Positions 26,907 to 35,279 of a DNA stretch of 37,089 nucleotides are shown here, piece by piece. The stretch covers positions 1-37,089 of the IMG/VR virus record IMGVR_UViG_3300044676_006175; one strand, given 5' to 3'. The first letter of the stretch is position 1; every line of letters begins with the position of its first letter. This DNA comes from a virus. Lineage: Duplodnaviria; Caudoviricetes. A program made the position numbers and the translations under genes. The notes below the pieces were generated by a model. The model had not been told where the DNA came from and did not search any database. It was given only the letters and a program-made list of their open reading frames with translations.

Positions 26907-29623
26907 TGAGTTTTTCAGAGTCAGGTGGCATAATTACACAAAGTGGTATAGACACTGACCTCAGTGGTTTAAATAATATTACAGGGGTGACTAGGTCTGT
27001 TGAGGAAGACATGATTATATATGATGTCGCTAGTACTCACAGGTTACAAATTCAAGGTGCGTTACATCACGACCCAGAAAAGGAAGTTTTAATAATTAGG
27101 CATGATTGGGTTAGTGGTAATACTCCTGCAATACTTATAAATTATGGCACTAATGCGTGGAAAAATGTAACCGCTATAACCAGGGACTCAGATAATAGAT
27201 TCGTGCTTACTGTAGCCTCACATGGTTATGTAGTAGGGGAGGCAGTAGAGTTTCAAGTAACTGAACCTGGGGCTGCTCATTTACATCAAGTCGTGTACCC
27301 AGTACTTGCAGTCACTACTAATACATTCACGCTAGGCATGACTGAATATTCAGACTACCTGCCGACATTATCTGGCGCTACAAACAGAGTCACGCGCAGG
27401 GCTGTATATAACTATGGTAAGGAAAAGACAGCTTTTGGAAATACTAGACTATCTGTAGGAACAGGTTTGTTAATTGTAGGTAACAAGGAAAACAACTTTC
27501 AAGAACGAGGTTCGGGCTTAAAAGTTGAAAATGACGGATTATTTCGTGGCAGAGGTGGTACGATTTATTCAAGTAGACCAACCGCACTCAATGGATATTC
27601 GGACATTGATGGCACTGAATTAGTTTCTCCTACATTACTAGATTGCCGTTCAATGTCGGGAGGATCGGTTAAAAACTTTAAGTTGGTCAATAACCAATTT
27701 GCAGGAGCACAGGCCAGTAAACTTTTAAATAGAGGATTCACTCTTAGCGAAGGCGTGTTAATGGAAACCTTATCTCAAAGTTACTACGAAGTGGTTTTAC
27801 GAGATTTAGATACATCAAATAATACGGCATACTCTGACATAGGTCATTCATCTAACAATACTTACCCGCATCGGGATTGGGTTGTAATCAATTCAAAAGC
27901 TGGTTCAAGTGTTCGTGGGATGTACCGATCATCCACAGGCCCTAGAGGTGATACACAAAAAGGTGTAACTGTTGTTAAGAAGGAAGTATCTTTTAATTTA
28001 AAAGATTCTAGTGGTAGTGCGATACAGGGTGTCAAGATGTATATGTCAGATACTCCGGATTCAAATTACTCTAAGAATGCCACATTCCCTGCCCCAACAG
28101 ATACTTCCAGGCAATACACTAGCGAACTAGGAACAAACACACTTGGGGTATTAAATGCTGATGGAACTGCAACATATGACTACACCAATGCAATAGAGTA
28201 CACAGGAACTAGCGATGCAAGTGGCTTGATTGATACTCAACAGGTCACTATTGGGGTTCAGATTTTAGAGTATTTATCTGTTGATCCTAGTGCGTCAAGC
28301 CAAGGAGGTAATGGTGGCCCGTACAACATAACCCTTAATGGTAATAACTGGGTTGACTCTAGTGGCGAAAGACCAACCACGGCAGCATGGGATACCACAG
28401 AATTTGGTGGCTTTTATAAAGTAGATCGCAGAGGAAACGGAAACACTGATGCTGATGAATTTACATTTAAGTTCTGTTCATACGGACACTCATTGTCTTC
28501 CACAACTCAATCCCTTAAAGGATTAGGTGAACTTGCTGTTAATTGGGTGTTATTTGATGACCAACTTATTACTGAGACGAAAGCAACAGCAGATGGTAAT
28601 AGTGAAATAGACACACCGCAGAAATTCTACAACAGGGCAAAATCATACTTAGTGGATAATTACGCAGGAGAAACATCAACTATTGTTTCTCGTGAAGGGA
28701 ACTCCATTGATGCGGGCTCTTACGATGTAGTGATTGACGGAAATGTAACGGACGCTGCTTCTGCATTCGCGATTAGCGGTAACACATTAACCATCAAAGC
28801 AACCAGGTTTGTGGGTAATATTTCCACTACAGGAACAACCACACTATCTAATGGAGCAGAAATCATTGGTACATTTGGATCAACCACGGTTCTTCCCTGG
28901 GAAGTAAAAAATGTAGAAGGCACATCTAGGATACAATTATACAATGTAACCAAGGATGCAGAGGTGGTTAACACAAAACTTACCTCAACTGATCCATTTA
29001 TTGATGCTTCTGGAACATACACAAGTTCGCAGATCGCAGTAGGGGATACAGTAAGGCTTCGTGTTACATGTGTTGTGGGTGCTGAGGCTTTACTGCCAGT
29101 ACTGCAAACAGGGGTTGCTACAAGCACAGGACTGACCTTCCAGGTAGATCAAGAAGCAGATGCAATTTATAATGCAAACGGGGTGGACGCTAGTCAGATC
29201 AGTACATTCACTGCTGACTATACCAATACACCCATGGGGATAGATCTAAGTGAGACGGATGGGGTTGCTACCGTGCAAGAACTCTACGCATTCCTTGTAT
29301 ATTCACAGACCACAGAAGATGGGGTCGATAAGTGGTTTAATGCAGTCCGTGCGATCGATGGTAGTAATTATCAAATAGATCAAACCATTGCAGATATAAA
29401 ATTCCAAAACACAGGGAATGTGGCAGTCAATATTACTGGAGGTAGAATATTCAGAAAAGATGGATCCTCGGTACTATATGGAGAACTTGGAGACTACCCA
29501 ATTACCATGGATACCGGATCTCTTGTGACAAATATACTTCCTCAAATACAAGATGCATTAAGCACGGACGTAAATATTCAGTCCATCAAGAATAATTCAA
29601 AACTCATTCCAACACTATTATAA
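26906..29623 (+). CDS. Large beta-rich virion/tail spike protein (905 aa)
   Basis: TAATG coupling; T/S/G/N-rich; contains a VTAIT...VLTVASHGYVVGEAV...YPVLAVTTNTFTL barrel motif often seen in phage tail proteins. Confidence 0.65.
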   Translation: MSFSESGGIITQSGIDTDLSGLNNITGVTRSVEEDMIIYDVASTHRLQIQGALHHDPEKEVLIIRHDWVSGNTPAILINYGTNAWKNVTAITRDSDNRFVLTVASHGYVVGEAVEFQVTEPGAAHLHQVVYPVLAVTTNTFTLGMTEYSDYLPTLSGATNRVTRRAVYNYGKEKTAFGNTRLSVGTGLLIVGNKENNFQERGSGLKVENDGLFRGRGGTIYSSRPTALNGYSDIDGTELVSPTLLDCRSMSGGSVKNFKLVNNQFAGAQASKLLNRGFTLSEGVLMETLSQSYYEVVLRDLDTSNNTAYSDIGHSSNNTYPHRDWVVINSKAGSSVRGMYRSSTGPRGDTQKGVTVVKKEVSFNLKDSSGSAIQGVKMYMSDTPDSNYSKNATFPAPTDTSRQYTSELGTNTLGVLNADGTATYDYTNAIEYTGTSDASGLIDTQQVTIGVQILEYLSVDPSASSQGGNGGPYNITLNGNNWVDSSGERPTTAAWDTTEFGGFYKVDRRGNGNTDADEFTFKFCSYGHSLSSTTQSLKGLGELAVNWVLFDDQLITETKATADGNSEIDTPQKFYNRAKSYLVDNYAGETSTIVSREGNSIDAGSYDVVIDGNVTDAASAFAISGNTLTIKATRFVGNISTTGTTTLSNGAEIIGTFGSTTVLPWEVKNVEGTSRIQLYNVTKDAEVVNTKLTSTDPFIDASGTYTSSQIAVGDTVRLRVTCVVGAEALLPVLQTGVATSTGLTFQVDQEADAIYNANGVDASQISTFTADYTNTPMGIDLSETDGVATVQELYAFLVYSQTTEDGVDKWFNAVRAIDGSNYQIDQTIADIKFQNTGNVAVNITGGRIFRKDGSSVLYGELGDYPITMDTGSLVTNILPQIQDALSTDVNIQSIKNNSKLIPTLL

Positions 29624-29624
29624 C

Positions 29625-30617
29625 ATGGCAGACGCAAGTACAATTCTATACCAAATGGGGCAAACTGTTGCCCAGAAATTAAACAATAGTAGCAACTCCC
29701 TGCTTCAGGGAAACAATACATTTACGGGATCCAATACATTTCAGAATGTAAGCATAGGAAACCTAAACATTGACAGTAATGTAAGCATAGGTGGCAATCT
29801 AAGCACAAGCGGAGACGCTACTCTGGGTGGGTTAAGTACCCTAAGGGCTGCTACATTCGGGGATAATGTAACCGTTAATGGGAACCTTACTGTTAATGGC
29901 ACAACCACAACTATATCCACTACCAATACTGATATAGAAGATAACGTTATTACGCTATCTAAAGGTGCAAGCACTGAAGCTTCCTACGCACAGGATTCAG
30001 GTTTATATATAGAGCGGGCACTCGGCTCTGAGGCAGCTGCATTTATATGGGATGAATCTGAAGCTCGATTTTCCGTGGGAACATTATTACCTACAGAACA
30101 AGTTCTTCATCGTAGGTACACACTGAGTACTGCGGTAGCCGGGGAGTTTTACTACTTATATGCGACAGGAACATATGCCACCTCAAATTATATTATAGTT
30201 AATCTTAATAGCACATCAGGTGATCCGGTATATTACGAGACATACGGGCCTCAGGATGAGCTAGTACTAAACCTCCCATCAAGCATACAGACAGTTAGTG
30301 ATTTGCAGGCATATTTAGAGGGCTTGGATTACACAGGGTTCCAGTATGCAGTAGGTGGAAGCACACCTAATACGGATGTATCGAGTGACTCTAGGTTATA
30401 TGTAGAATTTTATAGCTCTCAGGCGAATACCAACCTCGTGGGTTACACAGGGAGTGCTTATGGGTCAATGGAGGAAGTTATTCCCGCCGCAGATGCATCC
30501 ACTAGTGCAGATGATTCATTGCGAGTAACCCCAGGCGAACTCCAGGTAGGTGGACTAACAATAAATGAGCAATCTCTTGGGAGCTATGCCGACTTTACTG
30601 CAGGCTTGAATGCTTGA
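29625..30617 (+). CDS. Tail fibre protein
   Basis: STILYQMGQTV head, then VNGNLTVNGTTTTISTTNTDIEDNVITL...DSGLYIER...FIWDESEARF motif known from marine phage fibres; C-terminal LGSYADFTAGL. Confidence 0.75.
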   Translation: MADASTILYQMGQTVAQKLNNSSNSLLQGNNTFTGSNTFQNVSIGNLNIDSNVSIGGNLSTSGDATLGGLSTLRAATFGDNVTVNGNLTVNGTTTTISTTNTDIEDNVITLSKGASTEASYAQDSGLYIERALGSEAAAFIWDESEARFSVGTLLPTEQVLHRRYTLSTAVAGEFYYLYATGTYATSNYIIVNLNSTSGDPVYYETYGPQDELVLNLPSSIQTVSDLQAYLEGLDYTGFQYAVGGSTPNTDVSSDSRLYVEFYSSQANTNLVGYTGSAYGSMEEVIPAADASTSADDSLRVTPGELQVGGLTINEQSLGSYADFTAGLNA

Positions 30618-30667
30618 CGATAGGATTTACTGCAACTACAATAAGTAACACGAAAAAGGGTGTAACA
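30614..30667 (+). promoter_or_regulatory. Near-consensus sigma70 promoter with palindromic box 5 (AGTAACACG-AAAAAG-GGTGTAACA, 30644-30667)
   Basis: TTGACG(30614)-17nt-TACAAT(30637); the box covers the predicted start site and ends 2 nt before ATG 30670. Confidence 0.75.
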
Positions 30668-30669
30668 TC

Positions 30670-31560
30670 ATGCCAAATTTAACTGAACTACAGAACGACG
30701 GACAAACGAGTACCACTAGCCAAATTGTAAAAATGAGGCAAAATACAGGAGGCGTGCCATTGTCTCATGCTGATGTTGATAGTAATTTCGAGAATTTGCG
30801 CGATAAATTAAATAATACAATAACTGATGTAAACGATCTGACTTCAGGTAGTTATAATTTATCAGGACCTCAGGGAGACCCCGGACCCAACGGAAATGGA
30901 TTTACTGGAGGTAGTTACAATTCATCAACAGGCGTAGTTACATTCACATCTGATGATGGACTTGGGTTCTCTACAGGTGATTTAAGGGGTGTTGATGGCA
31001 CGAATGGAACGAATGGAACGAATGGCACGAATGGTGTAACTTCATATGGCCCTGAATCAACTATTGTTCCGAACATTACCTATAGTGATGGAATGAATAT
31101 TCATGAATCAGAAACATTCGCCGACCTCAACTTTATGCGTATAAGAAAATGTGGTCATCTAGGCAGGGTTTCTGGTCTAATACATTGGAACCCAGGTACC
31201 ACAACTAATGTAGGTTGGCCATTTATTAGCTTCGTCACATCAGGCATGATGGACGCAGATGAATCCCTCAGGAATGGACCCTATTTTACACTCAAATGGC
31301 CAAATAATGGATTCAATGGTTTGGGAGGCTATGGCCGACATGATGTGACTCTTCATGTCTGGGATCAAAACTCGTCTGGTTTTTTTAGATTAAGAAACTA
31401 TATAGGTAAAGCTACGGATGTCACTTGGACTGACCCGGACAGTAGTGGGGTTTACCAAAATTCCGAAATTCGTATTATTGTACCAACGGAACTATCGGGG
31501 GAGTATATTGCTGGCTTAGAATTTACTTATTCTTACCTACTAGATGAGGGTGAATTATGA
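30670..31560 (+). CDS. Short collagen-containing tail fibre
   Basis: N-terminal PLSHADVDSNFENL anchor motif, GPQGDPGPNG and (GTN)4 collagen triplets, GFTGGSYNSSTGVVTFTSDDG knob and C-terminal beta domain. Confidence 0.75.
   Translation: MPNLTELQNDGQTSTTSQIVKMRQNTGGVPLSHADVDSNFENLRDKLNNTITDVNDLTSGSYNLSGPQGDPGPNGNGFTGGSYNSSTGVVTFTSDDGLGFSTGDLRGVDGTNGTNGTNGTNGVTSYGPESTIVPNITYSDGMNIHESETFADLNFMRIRKCGHLGRVSGLIHWNPGTTTNVGWPFISFVTSGMMDADESLRNGPYFTLKWPNNGFNGLGGYGRHDVTLHVWDQNSSGFFRLRNYIGKATDVTWTDPDSSGVYQNSEIRIIVPTELSGEYIAGLEFTYSYLLDEGEL
30995..31034 (+). repeat. 9-bp tandem repeat ATGGMACGA x4 (GTN collagen triplets)
   Basis: atggcacga atggaacga atggaacga atggcacga atgg. Confidence 0.85.
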
Positions 31561-31715
31561 TTAATCATCAAATAAACAACAGTTACCTGAGGAATGATAT
31601 AGTGTCGTTCGACGGGAAGGTTTATATTGCTAAGCAGGACATTTCATCTGGGGTGTCTATAACCAATACTACATTCTGGAAGGAATTGGTTCACGAGGCA
31701 CCAACTGCAGGTTAG
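31557..31715 (+). CDS. Stand-alone CBM5/12-like mini-protein (52 aa; absent from ORF track)
   Basis: MINHQINNSYLRNDIVSFDGKVYIAKQDISSGVSITNTTFWKELVHEAPTAG matches Y-x-x-x-D-x-V-x-x-x-G-x-x-Y-x-A...W; ATGA overlap with the upstream gene. Confidence 0.7.
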   Translation: MINHQINNSYLRNDIVSFDGKVYIAKQDISSGVSITNTTFWKELVHEAPTAG

Positions 31716-31730
31716 TGACGGAAGTCCGTC

Positions 31731-34163
31731 ATGGATAAATACCAAAAAGCAGCCAAGCTATTAAACTCAAAAGCCCCCGTAGATGGGCCGCTTGGGAAGG
31801 AACGGATTGCGTACCTTAATCCCCTAGAGGAAGAGATCCTTAAATCCATTGGTGGGTCTGGAGAGGTAATCATTCCCTCTGCAGAAGAGCAGGAAGACCC
31901 CAATGTTCCTTCCTATGGTGCATTCAAGTGGATTAAGAAAAAGATATTTGATGACATATTAGGCATTGATGAAAATAAGTTCTTTGGTATGGGTAACCAT
32001 ACATTCCTTGGGGGAGCTCTTAATAAGGTATGGGATGACTGGCTAGGTATTGATTCGGGCAAAACTTTTGGTATTAATGATGCCACATGGGATGACCTAT
32101 TGCCTGTAATCGCAGGATTTGCTCTTGGACCAACAGTTGGTCCAATGTTGGGAGTGAAAGCTAGTACCGCTGGATCATTAGTTAGTATGGGGACATCTGT
32201 ACTTGATAAGGTAATAGAGAATAACTCTGGGGATACAAGTGGTAGGCAAATGCAAAGAGAGGAGTTTGCTGCACTAACCCAAGAATTTAAATTAGCCCAA
32301 GCCAAGGCCTTAGGTGAGGGTCAACGAATATTCTCATTTCAAGGGCAGCAGTATTATACAGATGACAATGACGACGGGTCAGCTCGTTTCGCTAAAGAAC
32401 AACCCACGCAACCCACTCAACCCACTCAACAACAAACAGACCCAAATTTACTTATGACAGCTGGCAGCACAAAACCTGGAAGTTATGACGAAGAGGGTCT
32501 AGCTAATATTAGGGCTCTTACGAGTGCATTAGCCGGGCGAGGCAAGGGACCAATTCTTGATCCATCGGATACAGGCAGGATGGGTTCTCTTGTGGCTTCG
32601 CCTGGTGACGCAAACTATATTGAGGGCTACTCACTTGGTGGTACATATATGGATCCCTTCCCGTCCTGGTTGCGGGATTCTGGTGATGTAATTAATGATA
32701 CTATTAATAATACTGGTAAGTTTGCTAATGATTACATAGGCACAGAAGATCAAAGGATGTATGACTTTTTGCCTATCCTGGACAGGATGAAAGGCATGAA
32801 CCTGGATGCTATGTCTACGCTTGGGTCTATATTCGACAGGGGAGATGGTGGATTAGAGAGTCAGTACAGAGGTTTTCAAGATGACTTTAATACACTAGCC
32901 GAAGGTCAAAAACTACTTAACACAGTTACCGCTGAGTCTAACCAAGGCTTAGTAGATAATGTATTAGGAGCAGGCGACCAGTACTCAGATTCTTTAGCTA
33001 ACGCAAAAAATCTGCAGACCTCTCTGACTAATCAATCATTTGATGCGTTATCCTCCCTTGAGGATATTAAACGCATGCAGAATATGGAGCGTGCCGATAG
33101 GTTCGCTGATACCAGAGATTCCAGACAAGACGCAGCTATGCGACTTAGTGATGCCGAATATGGCGCAGCCACTGGGCTCAGTGATTCTGAGTATGGTTCG
33201 GCAAATAGATTATTTGGTGCCAGAAGTGATGAGGCTGATAATATATTTGGTGCCGAAATGGGTGCAGCGGATAGAATTAAAAAAGCAGAGCAAGCGAAAG
33301 CCTTGGCTGCAGGTGCAAATGCAGAACGGTTAGCTAACTCCACACAGCGTGGCATGCGAAGCTCCTTGGTGGGTCAGGGAACGGGCACTTTAGGGAATAT
33401 GGGTAATGCCATGATTCGCGCACAACTAGGTCAAGACAGGGGTGATCTTCTTGCTGATGCATTGATCCGTGACGCAGACAGAAGAGGCACAGCAGACATA
33501 GATTTCGCTGGAAGAATGGGAGATGCTGGCGTAGACCTAGCTAAGCAACTTGGAGACTCAGATGTGGGCCTTGCGGGTAGGCTTGGTCAATCCAATATCA
33601 ATTTGGCGGACAGGGTAGGTGGTGCGGAAACTAGATACCGGGACCAACTTGAAGATATATTGTACTCAGATGCAGATAAGCTAGGTGCTGAAATTGAGGC
33701 AGACAGATTTGCCACACTAGCGGAACAAAACCCTGGTGAAGCAGAAACCCTTAGAAGTGAAGCGAACCTGCAGAATCAATTAAGAGCCCTAGGTTACGGA
33801 GATCAAATACTTAATGGCTTGGGTGCAAACATTGGCGTGGATCAAGCTACCTTGGATGATGAGCGTAAGCTACTTAGTGATCTAACCAACATGAGACTTG
33901 GTAACACATCACTGATACCTGCGCTTGGCATGCAGAACGCACAGCTTCCCTCAACACTGCTTGAGGCGGCACTTGCACCAATGGGACCACTCATTAGGAA
34001 CACATCGCCATTTACAACAACTGGTCAACTACCTGCTCCAGTTACAACTTTTTCACCAATCGCACCACCTCAGCAGAAAAATGAGTGGTATGATTATGCA
34101 ATGATGGCACCACAAGTACTTAGTGGAATTAAGGGAATAACAGATATTTGGGGCGAAGAATGA
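31731..34163 (+). CDS. Putative DNA ejection / internal virion protein 1
   Basis: N-terminal ERIAYLNPLEEEILKSIGGSG...VPSY motif that I recognise from marine podovirus internal proteins; Gly-rich hydrophobic segment; long A/G/D/Q helical region with 11-residue repeats. Confidence 0.65.
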   Translation: MDKYQKAAKLLNSKAPVDGPLGKERIAYLNPLEEEILKSIGGSGEVIIPSAEEQEDPNVPSYGAFKWIKKKIFDDILGIDENKFFGMGNHTFLGGALNKVWDDWLGIDSGKTFGINDATWDDLLPVIAGFALGPTVGPMLGVKASTAGSLVSMGTSVLDKVIENNSGDTSGRQMQREEFAALTQEFKLAQAKALGEGQRIFSFQGQQYYTDDNDDGSARFAKEQPTQPTQPTQQQTDPNLLMTAGSTKPGSYDEEGLANIRALTSALAGRGKGPILDPSDTGRMGSLVASPGDANYIEGYSLGGTYMDPFPSWLRDSGDVINDTINNTGKFANDYIGTEDQRMYDFLPILDRMKGMNLDAMSTLGSIFDRGDGGLESQYRGFQDDFNTLAEGQKLLNTVTAESNQGLVDNVLGAGDQYSDSLANAKNLQTSLTNQSFDALSSLEDIKRMQNMERADRFADTRDSRQDAAMRLSDAEYGAATGLSDSEYGSANRLFGARSDEADNIFGAEMGAADRIKKAEQAKALAAGANAERLANSTQRGMRSSLVGQGTGTLGNMGNAMIRAQLGQDRGDLLADALIRDADRRGTADIDFAGRMGDAGVDLAKQLGDSDVGLAGRLGQSNINLADRVGGAETRYRDQLEDILYSDADKLGAEIEADRFATLAEQNPGEAETLRSEANLQNQLRALGYGDQILNGLGANIGVDQATLDDERKLLSDLTNMRLGNTSLIPALGMQNAQLPSTLLEAALAPMGPLIRNTSPFTTTGQLPAPVTTFSPIAPPQQKNEWYDYAMMAPQVLSGIKGITDIWGEE

Positions 34164-35275
34164 TGAATCCATTACAAGCGATGATTGCCTCCCGCGGGGC
34201 GAACCAAATGCCAGGTGCTGGCATACAATCACAAGGTGCGGCTCCTGCAGTCAATCCCATGCAGTACGCGCAGATGAATACTGCGATGCAGCCACAGATG
34301 ATGAATGCACCTGCAGCCAATTTGCAGCAGATGGATAAGTACAAGTATGTGGATTCTGCCTTAAATAGAGGTCAGCGGAATAAGGAGCTTATCTTTAATA
34401 CTTTAAATGCTGCAGACCAACGGGCGCATCAGACTGCAAGTGCTGCAGACCAACGAGCGCATCAGACTGCACTAGAGCAACAAAGACATGGCAATGCTTT
34501 ATCCGCACACAAGTACCAGCAAGAAGCTATACTTGAGAGGGAAAAACAAACAATTCAATTCCAGCAGGAGCAAGCTAAACTGCTACAACAAATGACTGAT
34601 GATCGTTATGCTCCACTACGTGAGCAAACAGCTGTAGTTTTGGATGATTACAATAGATGGGTTGGGGGAGAGCAGGAGGCTACAAGGGAGAGACTATTTA
34701 CGAATCGGGTGCAGGAACTAGCACTATCTTCTATTCCATACGAAGAGATCGAAAAGCTTTATAAAGATAATCCAAACTATCAAGGCAAGGCAGCACCCAC
34801 ACCATTCAGTCAGGAGCATATAGACTTATCAATTAACATGCTAAAAAGCTCACCAGATGGTCAGAAGCAAGTGAGTGAAATTCTTACCATGGTGGACAGA
34901 GAGGTACTTCAAATTGGACAACAAAAAGTGACTGCATTTAGGTCATCTATGGACCAGTTATCTAAGTTAGGATTTAGTGTGCCAGAAGCACCAGAACCAT
35001 TAACCACGGACTCTCCGAGTAATGGCATTAGAACCTTGCCTAATCCAAGTTTTATACCTAGTTATATTCTTGATGATCAAGGCGATGGGAGTAAGAAGTC
35101 AGTGAACAGTCCTTTAGTCACAGAGCGAGGTAATCGTGTGGGAAAAGGAAATAATTATAATGTGATGTCGCCAGTTAGATTTGGTAGCGATCCCAGAGCG
35201 AACGCGGTCCCGACATTCCCGAAAAAAGATTCGAAAAAGAAATCAGATAAACGACCCAGCAGGAGAACTGGTTGA
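34160..35275 (+). CDS. Putative ejection / internal virion protein 2
   Basis: ATGA overlap (ATG 34160 preferred over TTG 34148); M/Q/P/A-rich N-terminus and Q/E coiled coil. Confidence 0.6.
   Translation: MMNPLQAMIASRGANQMPGAGIQSQGAAPAVNPMQYAQMNTAMQPQMMNAPAANLQQMDKYKYVDSALNRGQRNKELIFNTLNAADQRAHQTASAADQRAHQTALEQQRHGNALSAHKYQQEAILEREKQTIQFQQEQAKLLQQMTDDRYAPLREQTAVVLDDYNRWVGGEQEATRERLFTNRVQELALSSIPYEEIEKLYKDNPNYQGKAAPTPFSQEHIDLSINMLKSSPDGQKQVSEILTMVDREVLQIGQQKVTAFRSSMDQLSKLGFSVPEAPEPLTTDSPSNGIRTLPNPSFIPSYILDDQGDGSKKSVNSPLVTERGNRVGKGNNYNVMSPVRFGSDPRANAVPTFPKKDSKKKSDKRPSRRTG
34408..34471 (+). repeat. 33-bp tandem duplication (AADQRAHQTA x2)
   Basis: tgctgcagaccaacgggcgcatcagactgcaag / tgctgcagaccaacgagcgcatcagactgca, one synonymous difference. 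Confidence 0.9.
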
Positions 35276-35279
35276 TGCG

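Noticed and set aside
615-30667. Boxes as host LexA sites, CRISPR repeats or integron attC sites
   Set aside because: They do not match LexA boxes I know (CTGT-N8-ACAG, GAAC-N4-GTTC, GTTC-N7-GTTC, TGTTC-N4-GAACA). They are kilobases apart rather than arrayed, and lack the long attC hairpin.
32401-32430. AACCCACKC x3 repeat (QPT triplets)
   Set aside because: Ordinary low-complexity linker expansion in coding sequence.
31731-34163. Tape-measure protein of a long-tailed phage
   Set aside because: No tail tube, sheath or tail-chaperone genes precede it; its position after the fibres and its N-terminal motif fit an ejection protein better.
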